A stretch of DNA of 64,000 nucleotides from Candidatus Hydrogenedentales bacterium. GTDB taxonomy: Bacteria > Hydrogenedentota > Hydrogenedentia > Hydrogenedentales > JAEUWI01. The stretch covers positions 5,996,284 to 6,060,283 of the forward strand of contig OW818658.1 of the NCBI GenBank assembly GCA_942492815.1. Direction: 5' to 3'. Below, piece after piece: positions 25,312 to 34,476 of this stretch. The notes beneath the pieces are model-generated. The model was not told the origin of the DNA. It did no database searches and worked only from the letters and a program-made list of their open reading frames with translations. The position numbers were made by a program, and so were the translations under genes. Position 1 is the first letter of the stretch; each line of letters begins with the position of its first letter.

Positions 25312-27774
25312 CTAAACCATCCGCGCTACACCCGAATCCCCATCCACCTCAATCATAGCCCCCGTCGTAATTCGCTCCGTCGCCTCCGGCACGCCGATGA
25401 CTAACGGAATCCCATATTCCCGTGCAATGATTGCCGCGTGGGACAGCAGCCCGCCACGCTCGATTACGAGGCCCGCCACGTGACGCAGTACCGGGGTCCA
25501 GGCGGGATCCAGGCAGGGCAGCACGAGCACGCACCCTTCGGGCAGACACTCGGTCAGGGCATTCAATTGCTGAAAAACCTGGGCCGGGCCTCGCGCCACG
25601 CCTGGTGAAGCGCCCACACCCCGGAGCACCGTGGCGGTCGGGTCGTCGCCCTCCGGTTTCCACGGCCCGAGGTGGGTCGGTCGCCGCACGGGCACGTTGA
25701 TGCGGTGCTCACGTCTACGCTGAGCGATGCGGGCCGGGTCGGCTGCGTGCCCCTCGGTCAGGGCCTGTCGCAATTCGTCCCACGTGATCCACCAGAGGTC
25801 ATCGGCCTTTTCCAGCAGGCCTTTCGCCTCCAGGGAGCGGCCCGCGCTCAACAACAGCGCGCGCTGTCGCGCGAGAATACGCTCCCAATGAAATCGCTGT
25901 TCCTCGCGCATTTCCAGCAGGCGTGCGAGGACGTTGCGGGACTGTGGCGATGTCATGGCGAGCGTTGGATGTGTCGAATCAAGCTCCGTACTCACAGAAG
26001 TGTCGTCATTCCCGCGCATGCGGGAATCCAGTGCGTTTGCGCAGTCTGCGATGTCCGGTCGCTGGATTCCCGCTTTCGCGGGAATGACTGAAGCGTCGAA
26101 ATCTTTTTCACCAGTCGAGTCTGGGCTTGAATCGAGAGACCCGAAAGGCGGGATCTCCGCCCAGGTCGGCGCGGCATAGTCCAGCGATGAGGATCGATGG
26201 CCGCAGTTGCGCAGGAACGCCGCCACGGTGGTCTGATCGCCGACGTAGGCTACCTCACGGGCGGCATTGGCTTCGGCCGTAACCAGGCGCACCTGCCCGT
26301 GCAGCCGCCGGCGCAGACTCTCCCGGAGCGCGCGGGGCAGCGGACGCGTCAGCATCAGAAAGGCGTTGTAGGCGTAGTCCGCCAGCATGATGCTCCAGCG
26401 GTGCAGGCACAGAAACTCTTCTGTCAATGCGTCCAGTTGCGCCCAGGCCTCGTACCAGACCTCCGCATCGTCGCCGTCCTTCGCCTCGGGAATCGCGGCC
26501 AGCCGCGTGCCGAGGCCATCGCGGAATCGATCCCAGGCGCGGAGGTTGCCGAGCACGCGTTTGCGCTCGCGCCAGAGCACGGGAAGTCCGGTCCAGAGCA
26601 AACCGGGACCGGGCAGGCGACCCGGCGCCTTGCCTGCGGGATAGAGCTGGCGCAGGTCGGGCGTGAGCAGCCACGCGGGCAGATTGCGAAGGAGCCGGTG
26701 GTACGCCTCCAGGGACACGTAGACTTGTCCGCTAAAATCGAAGGTCAGGGGCGCTGGCACGGCGATACCGCGCAACTGAAGCGCGTCTTCAACGCCGGTG
26801 CGCACGATGAGGGGCAGCAGCGTGGTCCGCGTGATGGGGTGAATCGGTTCATGGAATCGCTGATCTAGAAACCACGACGTGGCCGGCACGGGCGGGCGAA
26901 GCGAAGCCTCCAGCGCGAGGCGCGTGATGGGCCGGGCCTGAAGGAGCCAGAGCCCCGAAGCGTCCGCGGCCCATTCGATGTCCAGGGCGGCGTCGAAAAC
27001 TTCTTCCAGCTTGAGCAGCCAGCCGAGCAACGCCGCGACGAGTTTTTCATCAAGTTGATCCGGTCCCTGCGCACCCGTTTCGACCTGCGCGATCGCACTG
27101 CTCTCGATATCCACTTCAAAGCGGCTGGGCGTTGCGGTCCCATCCACCAGAGCGCCGCACTCCCCGAGGACGGCCTCTATCAGCACCCGATCATAACGCG
27201 CGCGACTTGGATGGGCGGAGAATGCAACACCGGAGAGGACAGGCGTGATACGGCGCTGGAGGATGACGGCCATGGCGCCCGGACCATGGGCGTTGCGGTA
27301 GGCCGAGGCACGCTCCGCGCGTGCGCTACTGAGCACGGCATCGATCGCCTCGGGAAGTTCAGCCGCGCTCGCGCAGAACAAGGTTTCGTAAATTCCCGCA
27401 GCGGAGGCGCCGGACTGATCTTCCGACAGTCCGGAGGAGCGCACGGCCAAGCCTTCGCCATTGGGACTTAGCTCCGCAAAGAGGGCGTCGAGCGCCAGGC
27501 GAGATTCAGCGGTGTCTGGATGGAAATGGACCGCCGCGTCCGCCGGCAGAACCACCCAGGGGGGCACGGGTGCCCCGGCCGCGTGGAGCCGCAGCAGGCC
27601 AGCGGCCTTCCCGCCGATGGACAGCGGAGACTCGCCATCAAGATCTTCGGGTTTTTTGAAGAGCGCGTGATCCAAGGTGCCCTGGAATTCTGGCGGATGC
27701 ACCGCCACGGGATGGGTCGAATGGGTCGAATGGGTCGAAAAGGCCCGCAAAGTTTCGAGCCCCCTCGCTGTCAA
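25312..27774 (-). CDS. PEP-utilizing phosphotransferase family protein (PpsA/PPDK-like ATP-grasp N-domain + C-terminal swivelling phosphohistidine domain; rifampicin-phosphotransferase-like architecture)
   Basis: C-terminal GGLLSHAAIIAREYGIPLVIG is the PEP-utilizing mobile-domain His motif. N-terminal GGKAAGLLRL is ATP-grasp-like. A low-complexity insert encoded by a palindromic repeat separates the two. The true start is uncertain (possibly a non-ATG start downstream of the STHSTHSTH repeat). Confidence 0.75.
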   Translation of the reverse strand: MTARGLETLRAFSTHSTHSTHPVAVHPPEFQGTLDHALFKKPEDLDGESPLSIGGKAAGLLRLHAAGAPVPPWVVLPADAAVHFHPDTAESRLALDALFAELSPNGEGLAVRSSGLSEDQSGASAAGIYETLFCASAAELPEAIDAVLSSARAERASAYRNAHGPGAMAVILQRRITPVLSGVAFSAHPSRARYDRVLIEAVLGECGALVDGTATPSRFEVDIESSAIAQVETGAQGPDQLDEKLVAALLGWLLKLEEVFDAALDIEWAADASGLWLLQARPITRLALEASLRPPVPATSWFLDQRFHEPIHPITRTTLLPLIVRTGVEDALQLRGIAVPAPLTFDFSGQVYVSLEAYHRLLRNLPAWLLTPDLRQLYPAGKAPGRLPGPGLLWTGLPVLWRERKRVLGNLRAWDRFRDGLGTRLAAIPEAKDGDDAEVWYEAWAQLDALTEEFLCLHRWSIMLADYAYNAFLMLTRPLPRALRESLRRRLHGQVRLVTAEANAAREVAYVGDQTTVAAFLRNCGHRSSSLDYAAPTWAEIPPFGSLDSSPDSTGEKDFDASVIPAKAGIQRPDIADCANALDSRMRGNDDTSVSTELDSTHPTLAMTSPQSRNVLARLLEMREEQRFHWERILARQRALLLSAGRSLEAKGLLEKADDLWWITWDELRQALTEGHAADPARIAQRRREHRINVPVRRPTHLGPWKPEGDDPTATVLRGVGASPGVARGPAQVFQQLNALTECLPEGCVLVLPCLDPAWTPVLRHVAGLVIERGGLLSHAAIIAREYGIPLVIGVPEATERITTGAMIEVDGDSGVARMV
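26005..26089. repeat. intragenic REP doublet: two self-palindromic 25-mers in inverted orientation (GTCATTCCCGCGCATGCGGGAATCC ... GGATTCCCGCTTTCGCGGGAATGAC), inserted in frame within the PEP-utilizing enzyme gene
   Basis: Seen directly. It encodes the low-complexity peptide ...SVIPAKAGIQRPDIADCANALDSRMRGNDDTS... between two folded domains. Confidence 0.85.
27713..27740. repeat. tandem 9-mer (GGGTCGAAT x3) at the 5' end/N-terminus of the PEP-utilizing gene (encodes STHSTHSTH)
   Basis: Seen directly. Confidence 0.85.
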
Positions 27775-27798
27775 CTATCAACTGTCAACTATCAACTG
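27770..27798. repeat. tandem heptamers CAACTAT/CAACTGT x4, overlapping the stop codon of the SpoU-family gene
   Basis: GTCAACTATCAACTGTCAACTATCAACTG. The minus-strand TGA stop of the 27785-28315 gene lies in the first heptamer. Confidence 0.85.
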
Positions 27799-28315
27799 CT
27801 TTCCTCTTCCCCAAGATATCATAGAGCACGATCCCGAAAGCATTGGCCACGTTGATGCTGTTCTTGTAGCCGTGCATGGGGATCTTCACCACGTGGTCAC
27901 AGCGGGCGATGTTGCGCTCGTGAATGCCGTTGACCTCGTTGCCGAAGACGATGGCCACGGGGCCGGGCCACTGAAAGTCGTGCATGTCTTCCGCGCCTTC
28001 GGCCACTTCGATGGCGACGATGGGAATGCCCTGTTCCTTCAGGGCGGCGAGGCAGTCCTTGGTGCGCTCGTAGTAGGTCCAGGGGACATAGGCGAAGGCG
28101 CCGAGGGCCGTCTTTTCCAGTTTTTTGTGGGGCGGGTGGGCCGACATGCCGCACAGGTGGATATGCGCCACGGCGCCCGCGTCGCAGGTACGAAAGATGG
28201 AGCCCACGTTGAAGGCGCTCCGAAGATTGTCGAGCACCACGTGGACCGGGTTGCGTGGGATGGGCGCGAGGTTGGCAATGTCGATATCGGCGTAATGGGG
28301 TTCCAGTTCGGCCAT
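27785..28315 (-). CDS. SpoU/TrmH-family RNA 2'-O-methyltransferase (SPOUT)
   Basis: 176 aa. Motifs VVLDNLRSAFNVGSIFRTCDAGAV, VAIVFGNEVNGI and NSINVANAFGIVLY are typical SPOUT motifs. Confidence 0.8.
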   Translation of the reverse strand: MAELEPHYADIDIANLAPIPRNPVHVVLDNLRSAFNVGSIFRTCDAGAVAHIHLCGMSAHPPHKKLEKTALGAFAYVPWTYYERTKDCLAALKEQGIPIVAIEVAEGAEDMHDFQWPGPVAIVFGNEVNGIHERNIARCDHVVKIPMHGYKNSINVANAFGIVLYDILGKRKAVDS

Positions 28316-28349
28316 GATGGGAGGATCCTGAAAGAGGGTTAAGGAATGG

Positions 28350-28433
28350 TGTTACAGGGACAGCAGGGACGACAGGAATAAAACAGCCTGGGTCCCTGCC
28401 TGCCGTCTCTGCTGTCCCTGCTGTCCCTGCGGC
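28350..28433. repeat. REPIN-like NNCAGRGAC inverted-array hairpin, copy 2
   Basis: TTACAGGGACAGCAGGGACGACAGG ... CCTGCCGTCTCTGCTGTCCCTGCTGTCCCTGCGG. Confidence 0.85.
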
Positions 28434-28516
28434 TTCGCGCCAGTCACTCGCCACCTCCAAATAAAAACCGGCCTTCCCGCAGTGGAGAAGGCCGGTCGTA
28501 CATTCAAGAAATGGGC

Positions 28517-30559
28517 TCAGGGATTGGCCGGGGCCGTCTCCGCCGCAGGTGCTTCGGCGGCGGGGGCTTCGGCAGCCGGAGCGGCTTCCGCGGGAGCGCC
28601 GGTGGCCGGGGTCACGCCCGAGTCCGCAGCGGGGTTCGCGGGCGTTTCGGTGGCCGTGGTGTCTTCGCGACCGATGATCGCGTCGTAGACCTTCTGATCG
28701 ATGCTCCAGTCCACGCGCTCCAGTTCACGCTCGCGCAGGTCCTTCAAGTAGTCCTGCAGGAGCTGCATGCCGGCCATCTGGCGACGCTGGTCGCGCAGGG
28801 CCTTGCCCTCTTCGCCCCACTTGGCTTTCGCCTCTTCCGTGGGCTCTTCACGCTTGGTGAGTGCGATGAGGTAAGAAGCGCCGAGGAAGTCCGTAAGGGG
28901 ACCGGCCAGTTCGTTCTCCGCCTTGCCTTCCAGCGCCGTGTAGATGTCCTGGGTCTGGAGGTAGATCTGCTGCTGGAACAGGAACTCGCTCTTGGCGAAG
29001 GGAGCCGTCTCCTTGATTTCGAGGTTCAGGTCGGGGAACTTCTCCTTGACCTCGTCCAGCGTCTTCGCCTGGGCTTTGATCTCGTTGGCCAGCGCGGTAA
29101 TCTCCGCCTTGTAGGCCTCGCCCTGCTTGCGCTCGGCAACCACGTCGTCCGTCACCTGGGTGCGGACTTCGTCCAGCGCCGGAATCGCGCCTTCGGTCGT
29201 CAGCACGGCTTCGGCCACATAGAGGTTTTCGCTCGCGGCGATGACGGGGAATTCAAAGGGCTGCTTGTTGAACTTCTTCATGCCTTCTTCGTCCACCACG
29301 CGGCGGAACTGGAACGCATCGACCCGGGGAATCCCGTTGATCTCGGCGGATTCCACGTTGAAGCCTTCGGCCAGGCTGGTCTTGTAGCCCAACTCCGCAG
29401 CGGCGGTGGAAAGGTTGCCCTTTTCTTTCGCTTTGGCGGAGAGTTCCTGGGCCTTCAACTCCAGCGCGGCCTTGGCTTCCGCAGGGATCTCAACTTTGAT
29501 GTAGATGTGGCGCGCAAGAATCTCGCGCACCTGAGGCGTCGCAGCGGGGGCCGCTTCGGCCGGGGCTTCCGCAGGGGCGGCGGGATCGGCCGGGGCAGGC
29601 GTCGCCGCCGGGGCTGCTTCGCCACCGGTCATGCGCTCATCTTCCACTTTGTATATGTAGAAGCCACCGGGACCGCGCACGGGTTCGCTCACACCGCCCT
29701 TGGTCAGTGCGAAGAGGGGCTTGCGGTAGTCCAACTCGGTCGGGCGCTCGGAGATCCAGCCCAGTTCACCGCCGTTCTTCGTTTCCAGCTCGGAATACTG
29801 ATCGGCCAGGGCCGCGAAATCCTCGCCAGCCTGGGCCTTCGCCAGCACTTCCTTCACCTTGTCGTTCGGCTCGGCCAGCAGCGACAGGGCCACATATTCG
29901 GCCGAATGATTTGCGGGCTTCTGATAACGCGCCTTGTTCGCTTCATAATACGCGGCAATCTCTTCTTCCGTGGGGACCACGGGCTTCTCGATCTTGGCAT
30001 ATTTCATCTGGATCTTGGTGGCGTTGTCCTTCAACTCCTGCTCGATGTCCTTGTCGAGCACGCGGTTGGCGGCCGCCAGCACCGTTTCCATGTAGACCTG
30101 GCGGGAAACCTGCTCTTCAACGCCCGCGAAGACCTCGTCCCAGTCGATGTTCGCATCGTTGTTATTGGTAACCCAGGCGTTGTAGCGCGCCGGAATAAAG
30201 GTGCCCGCGTCATCCTTGAAACTCGGATCGTCGCGCAGCCGCTCTTCGAGCAGGGGCTGGTCCACTTTGAACTTGCGCTTCTGCTCGTCGCGCTTGATAA
30301 GGGCGGAGGCGAGCATTTCCTGCATCACTTCGCCCGCGATGCCCTGCTCTTCAAGCTGAAGATAGGAGGGCTGCTCGCCGCCCCGGGCGGAGCGCCGCGC
30401 GGCCATTTCCAGGTTGCGACGGAACTCGGACGCCATGATGGGGACACCGGCTACCTTGGCCAGTTCCACGTCCACGCCCTGATCCATGCCCGGATTGGAC
30501 GTGGGGACGCCGAAGAACAACATGGGCAGGCCAATAGCGACAAACATGAAAATGAGCAT
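28517..30559 (-). CDS. ppiD: periplasmic chaperone / peptidyl-prolyl cis-trans isomerase PpiD-like (SurA-N domain + parvulin), with Ala/Pro-rich repeat tails
   Basis: N-terminal TM MLIFMFVAIGLPMLFFGV. Parvulin motifs GGELGWISE and GGFYIYKVED. C-terminal PAAEAPAAEAPAAE pentapeptide tandem. The ORF-track start at 30853 is rejected, so an internal Met was used. Confidence 0.75.
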   Translation of the reverse strand: MLIFMFVAIGLPMLFFGVPTSNPGMDQGVDVELAKVAGVPIMASEFRRNLEMAARRSARGGEQPSYLQLEEQGIAGEVMQEMLASALIKRDEQKRKFKVDQPLLEERLRDDPSFKDDAGTFIPARYNAWVTNNNDANIDWDEVFAGVEEQVSRQVYMETVLAAANRVLDKDIEQELKDNATKIQMKYAKIEKPVVPTEEEIAAYYEANKARYQKPANHSAEYVALSLLAEPNDKVKEVLAKAQAGEDFAALADQYSELETKNGGELGWISERPTELDYRKPLFALTKGGVSEPVRGPGGFYIYKVEDERMTGGEAAPAATPAPADPAAPAEAPAEAAPAATPQVREILARHIYIKVEIPAEAKAALELKAQELSAKAKEKGNLSTAAAELGYKTSLAEGFNVESAEINGIPRVDAFQFRRVVDEEGMKKFNKQPFEFPVIAASENLYVAEAVLTTEGAIPALDEVRTQVTDDVVAERKQGEAYKAEITALANEIKAQAKTLDEVKEKFPDLNLEIKETAPFAKSEFLFQQQIYLQTQDIYTALEGKAENELAGPLTDFLGASYLIALTKREEPTEEAKAKWGEEGKALRDQRRQMAGMQLLQDYLKDLRERELERVDWSIDQKVYDAIIGREDTTATETPANPAADSGVTPATGAPAEAAPAAEAPAAEAPAAETAPANP

Positions 30560-30844
30560 GGCCCGCTTGTGATCTCGAAAGATATGCACCGAAAAAAACC
30601 TCCACAGTAAGTAAACAGGCCGCGATGGGACCCGACCGGCATGAAACGGCCCTTGGCCGCTAGTTTCACAATTTGGTAAACCTGACGAATTTAGCACATG
30701 CCGGTCAATGGGTGCAAATAACCCCTGTAAAATGCAAGGGTTAGATGCCAAGTGCCCTCCGAAATGTGCTACACTCAGGCTTCTGCCGATTTCGTCGCCG
30801 GCCCGGCCCTCTCCCCCCGCCGCAAGCCGGCTGGAGGTACCCCT

Positions 30845-31867
30845 GTGAAACATGTCGGGAGCGAAGAAGTGTTTGACCTGCTCGCCGTCGGCGCCGGGCC
30901 CGCCGCGCTGGTGGCCCTACGCGAAGCCCAGATCAAGGGCCTGCGGGCCGTCGCCATAGACAAGGGGCCCGTCTGTGGCGCCCTGCTCAAGCACCCGACC
31001 TACATGCGCTGGTTCTCCACCTTCGACAAGCTCGAACTCTGCGGCTTTCCCCTGCTGATCGATGAAAAGAACCCCACGCGCCGGGAGTACCTCCGCTACT
31101 GCCGCGCCTTTGTAACGTATTTCGGACTTGAGGTTGTCACCTATCGAGAAGTGACGCGAATCGAAGAGGTGGACGGCCTGTTTCACGTCATCACCCGCGA
31201 TCTCTTTGGCCGGGAGCAGCGCTGGGCCGCCCGCAATGTGGTCTTTGCCACGGGATTCTACGACAGTCCCCGCCCGCTGGGCATTCCCGGCGGCGATTTG
31301 CCGAAAGTGAGCCACCGCTACTCCGAATCCCACTACTATGCCGACCACAAGGTGCTGATCATCGGCGCGGGGTCCTCTGCGGCCGAAGTGGCGCTTGAAC
31401 TCTACCGCGAGGGTGCCGACGTGACGGTGGCTATGCGGGGGGACCGCTTCCACACCAAGTACTGGGTCGAGCCCGATATCGAGAACCGCATCAAGGAAGG
31501 GTCCATCCAGGCCTACCGGAACTGCGAAGTCCTCGAGATCGGCATGGATGACGCCACCCTCCGCACCGAGTCGGGGGATATTGTCCACGTTCCGAATGAA
31601 TTCGTGCTGGCCATGACGGGCTACGAGCCGGACACGACGCTTCTGGAGAGCACCGGCGCTATCGTGGACAGGGCCACCGGAAAACCTATTCTGGATACGG
31701 CCCACGAGACGACGGTACCGGGAATCTTTGTGGCCGGGACCCTCTGTGCGGGGTGTGAGGCAAATGTAGTTTTTGTGGAAAATAGTCGCGAGCATGGCCC
31801 CGCCATCGTTCGCCGGATACTGAGCCGCCGGGAGGTCCACGCCCTTCCCGCTGGACGACCGGAGTAG
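30845..31867 (+). CDS. FAD/NAD(P)-dependent pyridine nucleotide-disulfide oxidoreductase, YpdA-like (putative bacillithiol-disulfide-reductase family)
   Basis: Two Rossmann motifs (LAVGAGPAAL, VLIIGAGSSAAEVALEL). Segments DLPKVSHRY, FVLAMTGYEPD and VVFVENSREHG align with Bacillus YpdA as I recall it. GTG start at 30845 assumed (the ORF track allows an ATG at 30752). Confidence 0.65.
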   Translation: MKHVGSEEVFDLLAVGAGPAALVALREAQIKGLRAVAIDKGPVCGALLKHPTYMRWFSTFDKLELCGFPLLIDEKNPTRREYLRYCRAFVTYFGLEVVTYREVTRIEEVDGLFHVITRDLFGREQRWAARNVVFATGFYDSPRPLGIPGGDLPKVSHRYSESHYYADHKVLIIGAGSSAAEVALELYREGADVTVAMRGDRFHTKYWVEPDIENRIKEGSIQAYRNCEVLEIGMDDATLRTESGDIVHVPNEFVLAMTGYEPDTTLLESTGAIVDRATGKPILDTAHETTVPGIFVAGTLCAGCEANVVFVENSREHGPAIVRRILSRREVHALPAGRPE

Positions 31868-31871
31868 TCCC

Positions 31872-32594
31872 ATGCATTGGCACATTATCGAAGGGGAAGC
31901 GGGCTGTGAGTTTGCGGTGGCACACAAGTGCACCGCCATTATCGTGGACGCACTGCGAGCCAGCGCCACCGCCGCCATGCTCTGCGATCAGGGTGCCAAG
32001 TCCATCCTGGTGGTACGCGAAGTGGAGGAGGCCCTGCGCGCGAAGGCGGTGCATTCCGGTGCGCTTCTCTTTGGCGAGCGCGGGGGCGTGCCCCCCGAGG
32101 GCTTCGACTATGGCAACAGCCCCCAGGACGCGGGACATGCCCGGGGCCGGAGCGTCATTTTCACCACCACCACCGGCGCGGGACGTCTGATCTCCGCCTG
32201 GGGCGCCCACGCGGTGCTCATGGGCACGACCATCAACGCCTCGGCGGTTGCGAGGGCGGCAGCCGGTTTGGAGCATGACGTGGTCATCATCCCCGCCGGA
32301 TTCGCAGGCGATCCCGAGTTCGACGCCCAGGAAGACTGGTGCGCCTCCACCGCCATCGCCATGAAGGCCGGCGTGAACATTGGCGAGGGCCGGGAAACCT
32401 TCGAGGCCTGGCGTGATCGCATCGACGCCGAAGGCATTGAGGCCATCTTCAGCGGCGCGCCCCACGCCGCCAAACTGCGGAAAATCGGAATGGAGTCCGA
32501 CATCGCCTGGTGCGCCCAGGTCGACGTGACCCATGCCGTTCCCCAGGGCGTCGCCCGGACTGAGCTGGGCGTGGTGCTGGAGGCGATGGAATAG
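31872..32594 (+). CDS. 2-phosphosulfolactate phosphatase (ComB) family protein
   Basis: AIIVDALRASATAAML matches the ComB (D-x-L-R-A-S/T) signature. ~240 aa. Starts 4 nt after the ypdA-like stop (operon). Confidence 0.65.
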   Translation: MHWHIIEGEAGCEFAVAHKCTAIIVDALRASATAAMLCDQGAKSILVVREVEEALRAKAVHSGALLFGERGGVPPEGFDYGNSPQDAGHARGRSVIFTTTTGAGRLISAWGAHAVLMGTTINASAVARAAAGLEHDVVIIPAGFAGDPEFDAQEDWCASTAIAMKAGVNIGEGRETFEAWRDRIDAEGIEAIFSGAPHAAKLRKIGMESDIAWCAQVDVTHAVPQGVARTELGVVLEAME

Positions 32595-32600
32595 TCGCGG

Positions 32601-32676
32601 ATTAGTCCGCGGGCCAATCAGACTGATCAGACTGATCGGACCGTTCCGATCAGTCTGATCCGTCCGATCGGTCTGA
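32601..32676. repeat. GATC-rich palindromic element, copy B
   Basis: CCAATCAGACTGATCAGACTGATCGGACCGTTCCGATCAGTCTGATCCGTCCGATCGGTCTGAT. Confidence 0.85.
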
Positions 32677-32778
32677 TGGGCATCGCTGCCACTGTCGGCT
32701 TCTCGCGATATCCTTCCCTTTTTCGCTATACTGTCGGGCCATTGCACACCCCAACCACCCGCCCGAGGAGTTTTCCCC

Positions 32779-34476
32779 GTGAATCCCTTTTCCAGCCTTA
32801 TCCCGCCGATCCTGGCCGCTTTTCCCGACTTGAGCGCGGAGGATATCTCTTTCGGCCCGCCGCCGAAGCTCGAACTGGGCGATGTGGCCATTCCCATGTT
32901 CCTGGCGGCGAAGAAGCTGAAATCCGCGCCGCCGAAGCTGGCCGCCGAGATCGCGGAGAAGGTAGCTTTCGGCCCGGAAGTACTTGAAGCGAAGCCCATG
33001 GGGCCTTACCTGAACCTGAAACTCGATCGCGGGGCCTTCGCCCGGAAGATCGTGGGCGGCGTACTCGAAGCGGGCGACGCCTTCGGTGCGAACGGGATCG
33101 GCCAAGGCAAGAAGGTCGTGCTGGAGCACACCAGCATCAACCCCAACGCCAGCCCCCACGTGGGCCGGGCGCGCAACGCCATGATCGGCGACAGCCTCGC
33201 GCGCCTCTTCCGCTTCGAGGGCCACGACGTGGAAGTGCACTACTACGTGAACGACATGGGCCGGCAGATCGGCCTGCTCGTGCTCATCGCGGAAGAGCTG
33301 CAGAATCTCAAGTTCGAGCAGATCCTCGACGCCTACGTGGAAGCCAACGAGCGCGCCAAGGTGGACGAGGCCTTCGCCCAGGCGGGTTATGAGCTGCTTT
33401 CGAAAATGGAGCAGGGCGACCCTGAAACCCAGAAGAAATTCACCGCCGTCACCGACCTGTGCCTCAAGGGCCAGTTGGAAGTCTTGCACCGCCTCGGCGG
33501 CACCTATGACGTATTCGATCATGAATCGAAGTACGTGAAGGATGCGCGCCTCGACGAGATCGTGGCGAAGCTGAAGGAAAAGGACGCGGTCTTCATCGAC
33601 GAAGACCAGCGGCTCGTCGTGGACCTGTCCAAGCTGGGCTACACCCAGGAAGAGGGCCGCTATTTCGTGCTCCTTCGCGGCAATGGCAGCTCCATGTATG
33701 GCTTCCGCGATCTGGCCTACACGCTGGACAAGGAAGCCCTCGGCGCGGACATCAACCTCATGGTCCTCGGCGAAGATCACAAGCTCTACGCCCAGCAGCT
33801 CGCGCTGATCCTCGAAGCGGCGGGCCACCCGGCACCGGAGCCCATTTACTACTCCTACATCCTGCTGAAGAGCGGCAAGATGTCCACCCGTCAGGGCAAG
33901 GTCGTGCTGTTGTCCGACTTCCTCGACGAAGCCTCCGGCCTGGCCCGCGAGCGCGTGGCCGAGCAGTGCAAGGATCTCTCCGCCGAAGAGCAACACGCCA
34001 TCGCCGAGCAGGTCGCCGTCGCGGCCATCCGCTTCAGCGTGCTGCGGGTCACGCCCAACAAAAACGTGATCTTCGACATGGAAGAAAACATGAAGTTTGT
34101 CGGCGACACGGGCCCCTACGTACAATATTCCTGCGCGCGCATCAACTCCATCATGCGCAAGAACGACGGCGAAGTGTCCAACGCGCCTGCGGAGCTGTTC
34201 CCCGTCACCGCCGACGCCGAGTGGGCGCTCCTCACCAAGATCGCCGACTTCTCCAGCGTCGTCGCCAGCGGCCTCAGCCAGCGCACCTGCGCACCCATTG
34301 CAAACTACACCCTCGAACTCGCACGCTTGTTTTCCAGCTTCTACAACGACTGCCCCGTGCTCAAGGCAGAAAACGAAGCCCTGGTCACCGCACGCCTCCA
34401 GATCTGCAAGGCGACCTTGCAGACCCTGAAAAACGCCTTGGGCATTTTGGGGATTGCCGCGCCCGAGAGGATGTAG
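32779..34476 (+). CDS. argS: arginine--tRNA ligase
   Basis: 565 aa. HIGH-region HVGRARNAMIGD. Class-I aaRS architecture. C-terminal ...LGIAAPERM. Initiates with GTG in the sequence. Confidence 0.93.
   Translation: MNPFSSLIPPILAAFPDLSAEDISFGPPPKLELGDVAIPMFLAAKKLKSAPPKLAAEIAEKVAFGPEVLEAKPMGPYLNLKLDRGAFARKIVGGVLEAGDAFGANGIGQGKKVVLEHTSINPNASPHVGRARNAMIGDSLARLFRFEGHDVEVHYYVNDMGRQIGLLVLIAEELQNLKFEQILDAYVEANERAKVDEAFAQAGYELLSKMEQGDPETQKKFTAVTDLCLKGQLEVLHRLGGTYDVFDHESKYVKDARLDEIVAKLKEKDAVFIDEDQRLVVDLSKLGYTQEEGRYFVLLRGNGSSMYGFRDLAYTLDKEALGADINLMVLGEDHKLYAQQLALILEAAGHPAPEPIYYSYILLKSGKMSTRQGKVVLLSDFLDEASGLARERVAEQCKDLSAEEQHAIAEQVAVAAIRFSVLRVTPNKNVIFDMEENMKFVGDTGPYVQYSCARINSIMRKNDGEVSNAPAELFPVTADAEWALLTKIADFSSVVASGLSQRTCAPIANYTLELARLFSSFYNDCPVLKAENEALVTARLQICKATLQTLKNALGILGIAAPERM

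Noticed and set aside
28511-30610. 699-aa plus-strand ORF antisense to ppiD
   Set aside because: Begins with a Gly/Arg-rich junk sequence and has no domains. The minus-strand ORF has clear PpiD/parvulin motifs.
30752-30844. Upstream ATG start (30752) for the YpdA-like oxidoreductase
   Set aside because: It would add 31 residues before the Rossmann GxGxxG that normally lies at the extreme N-terminus. The in-frame GTG at 30845 gives the canonical architecture. Neither is proven.
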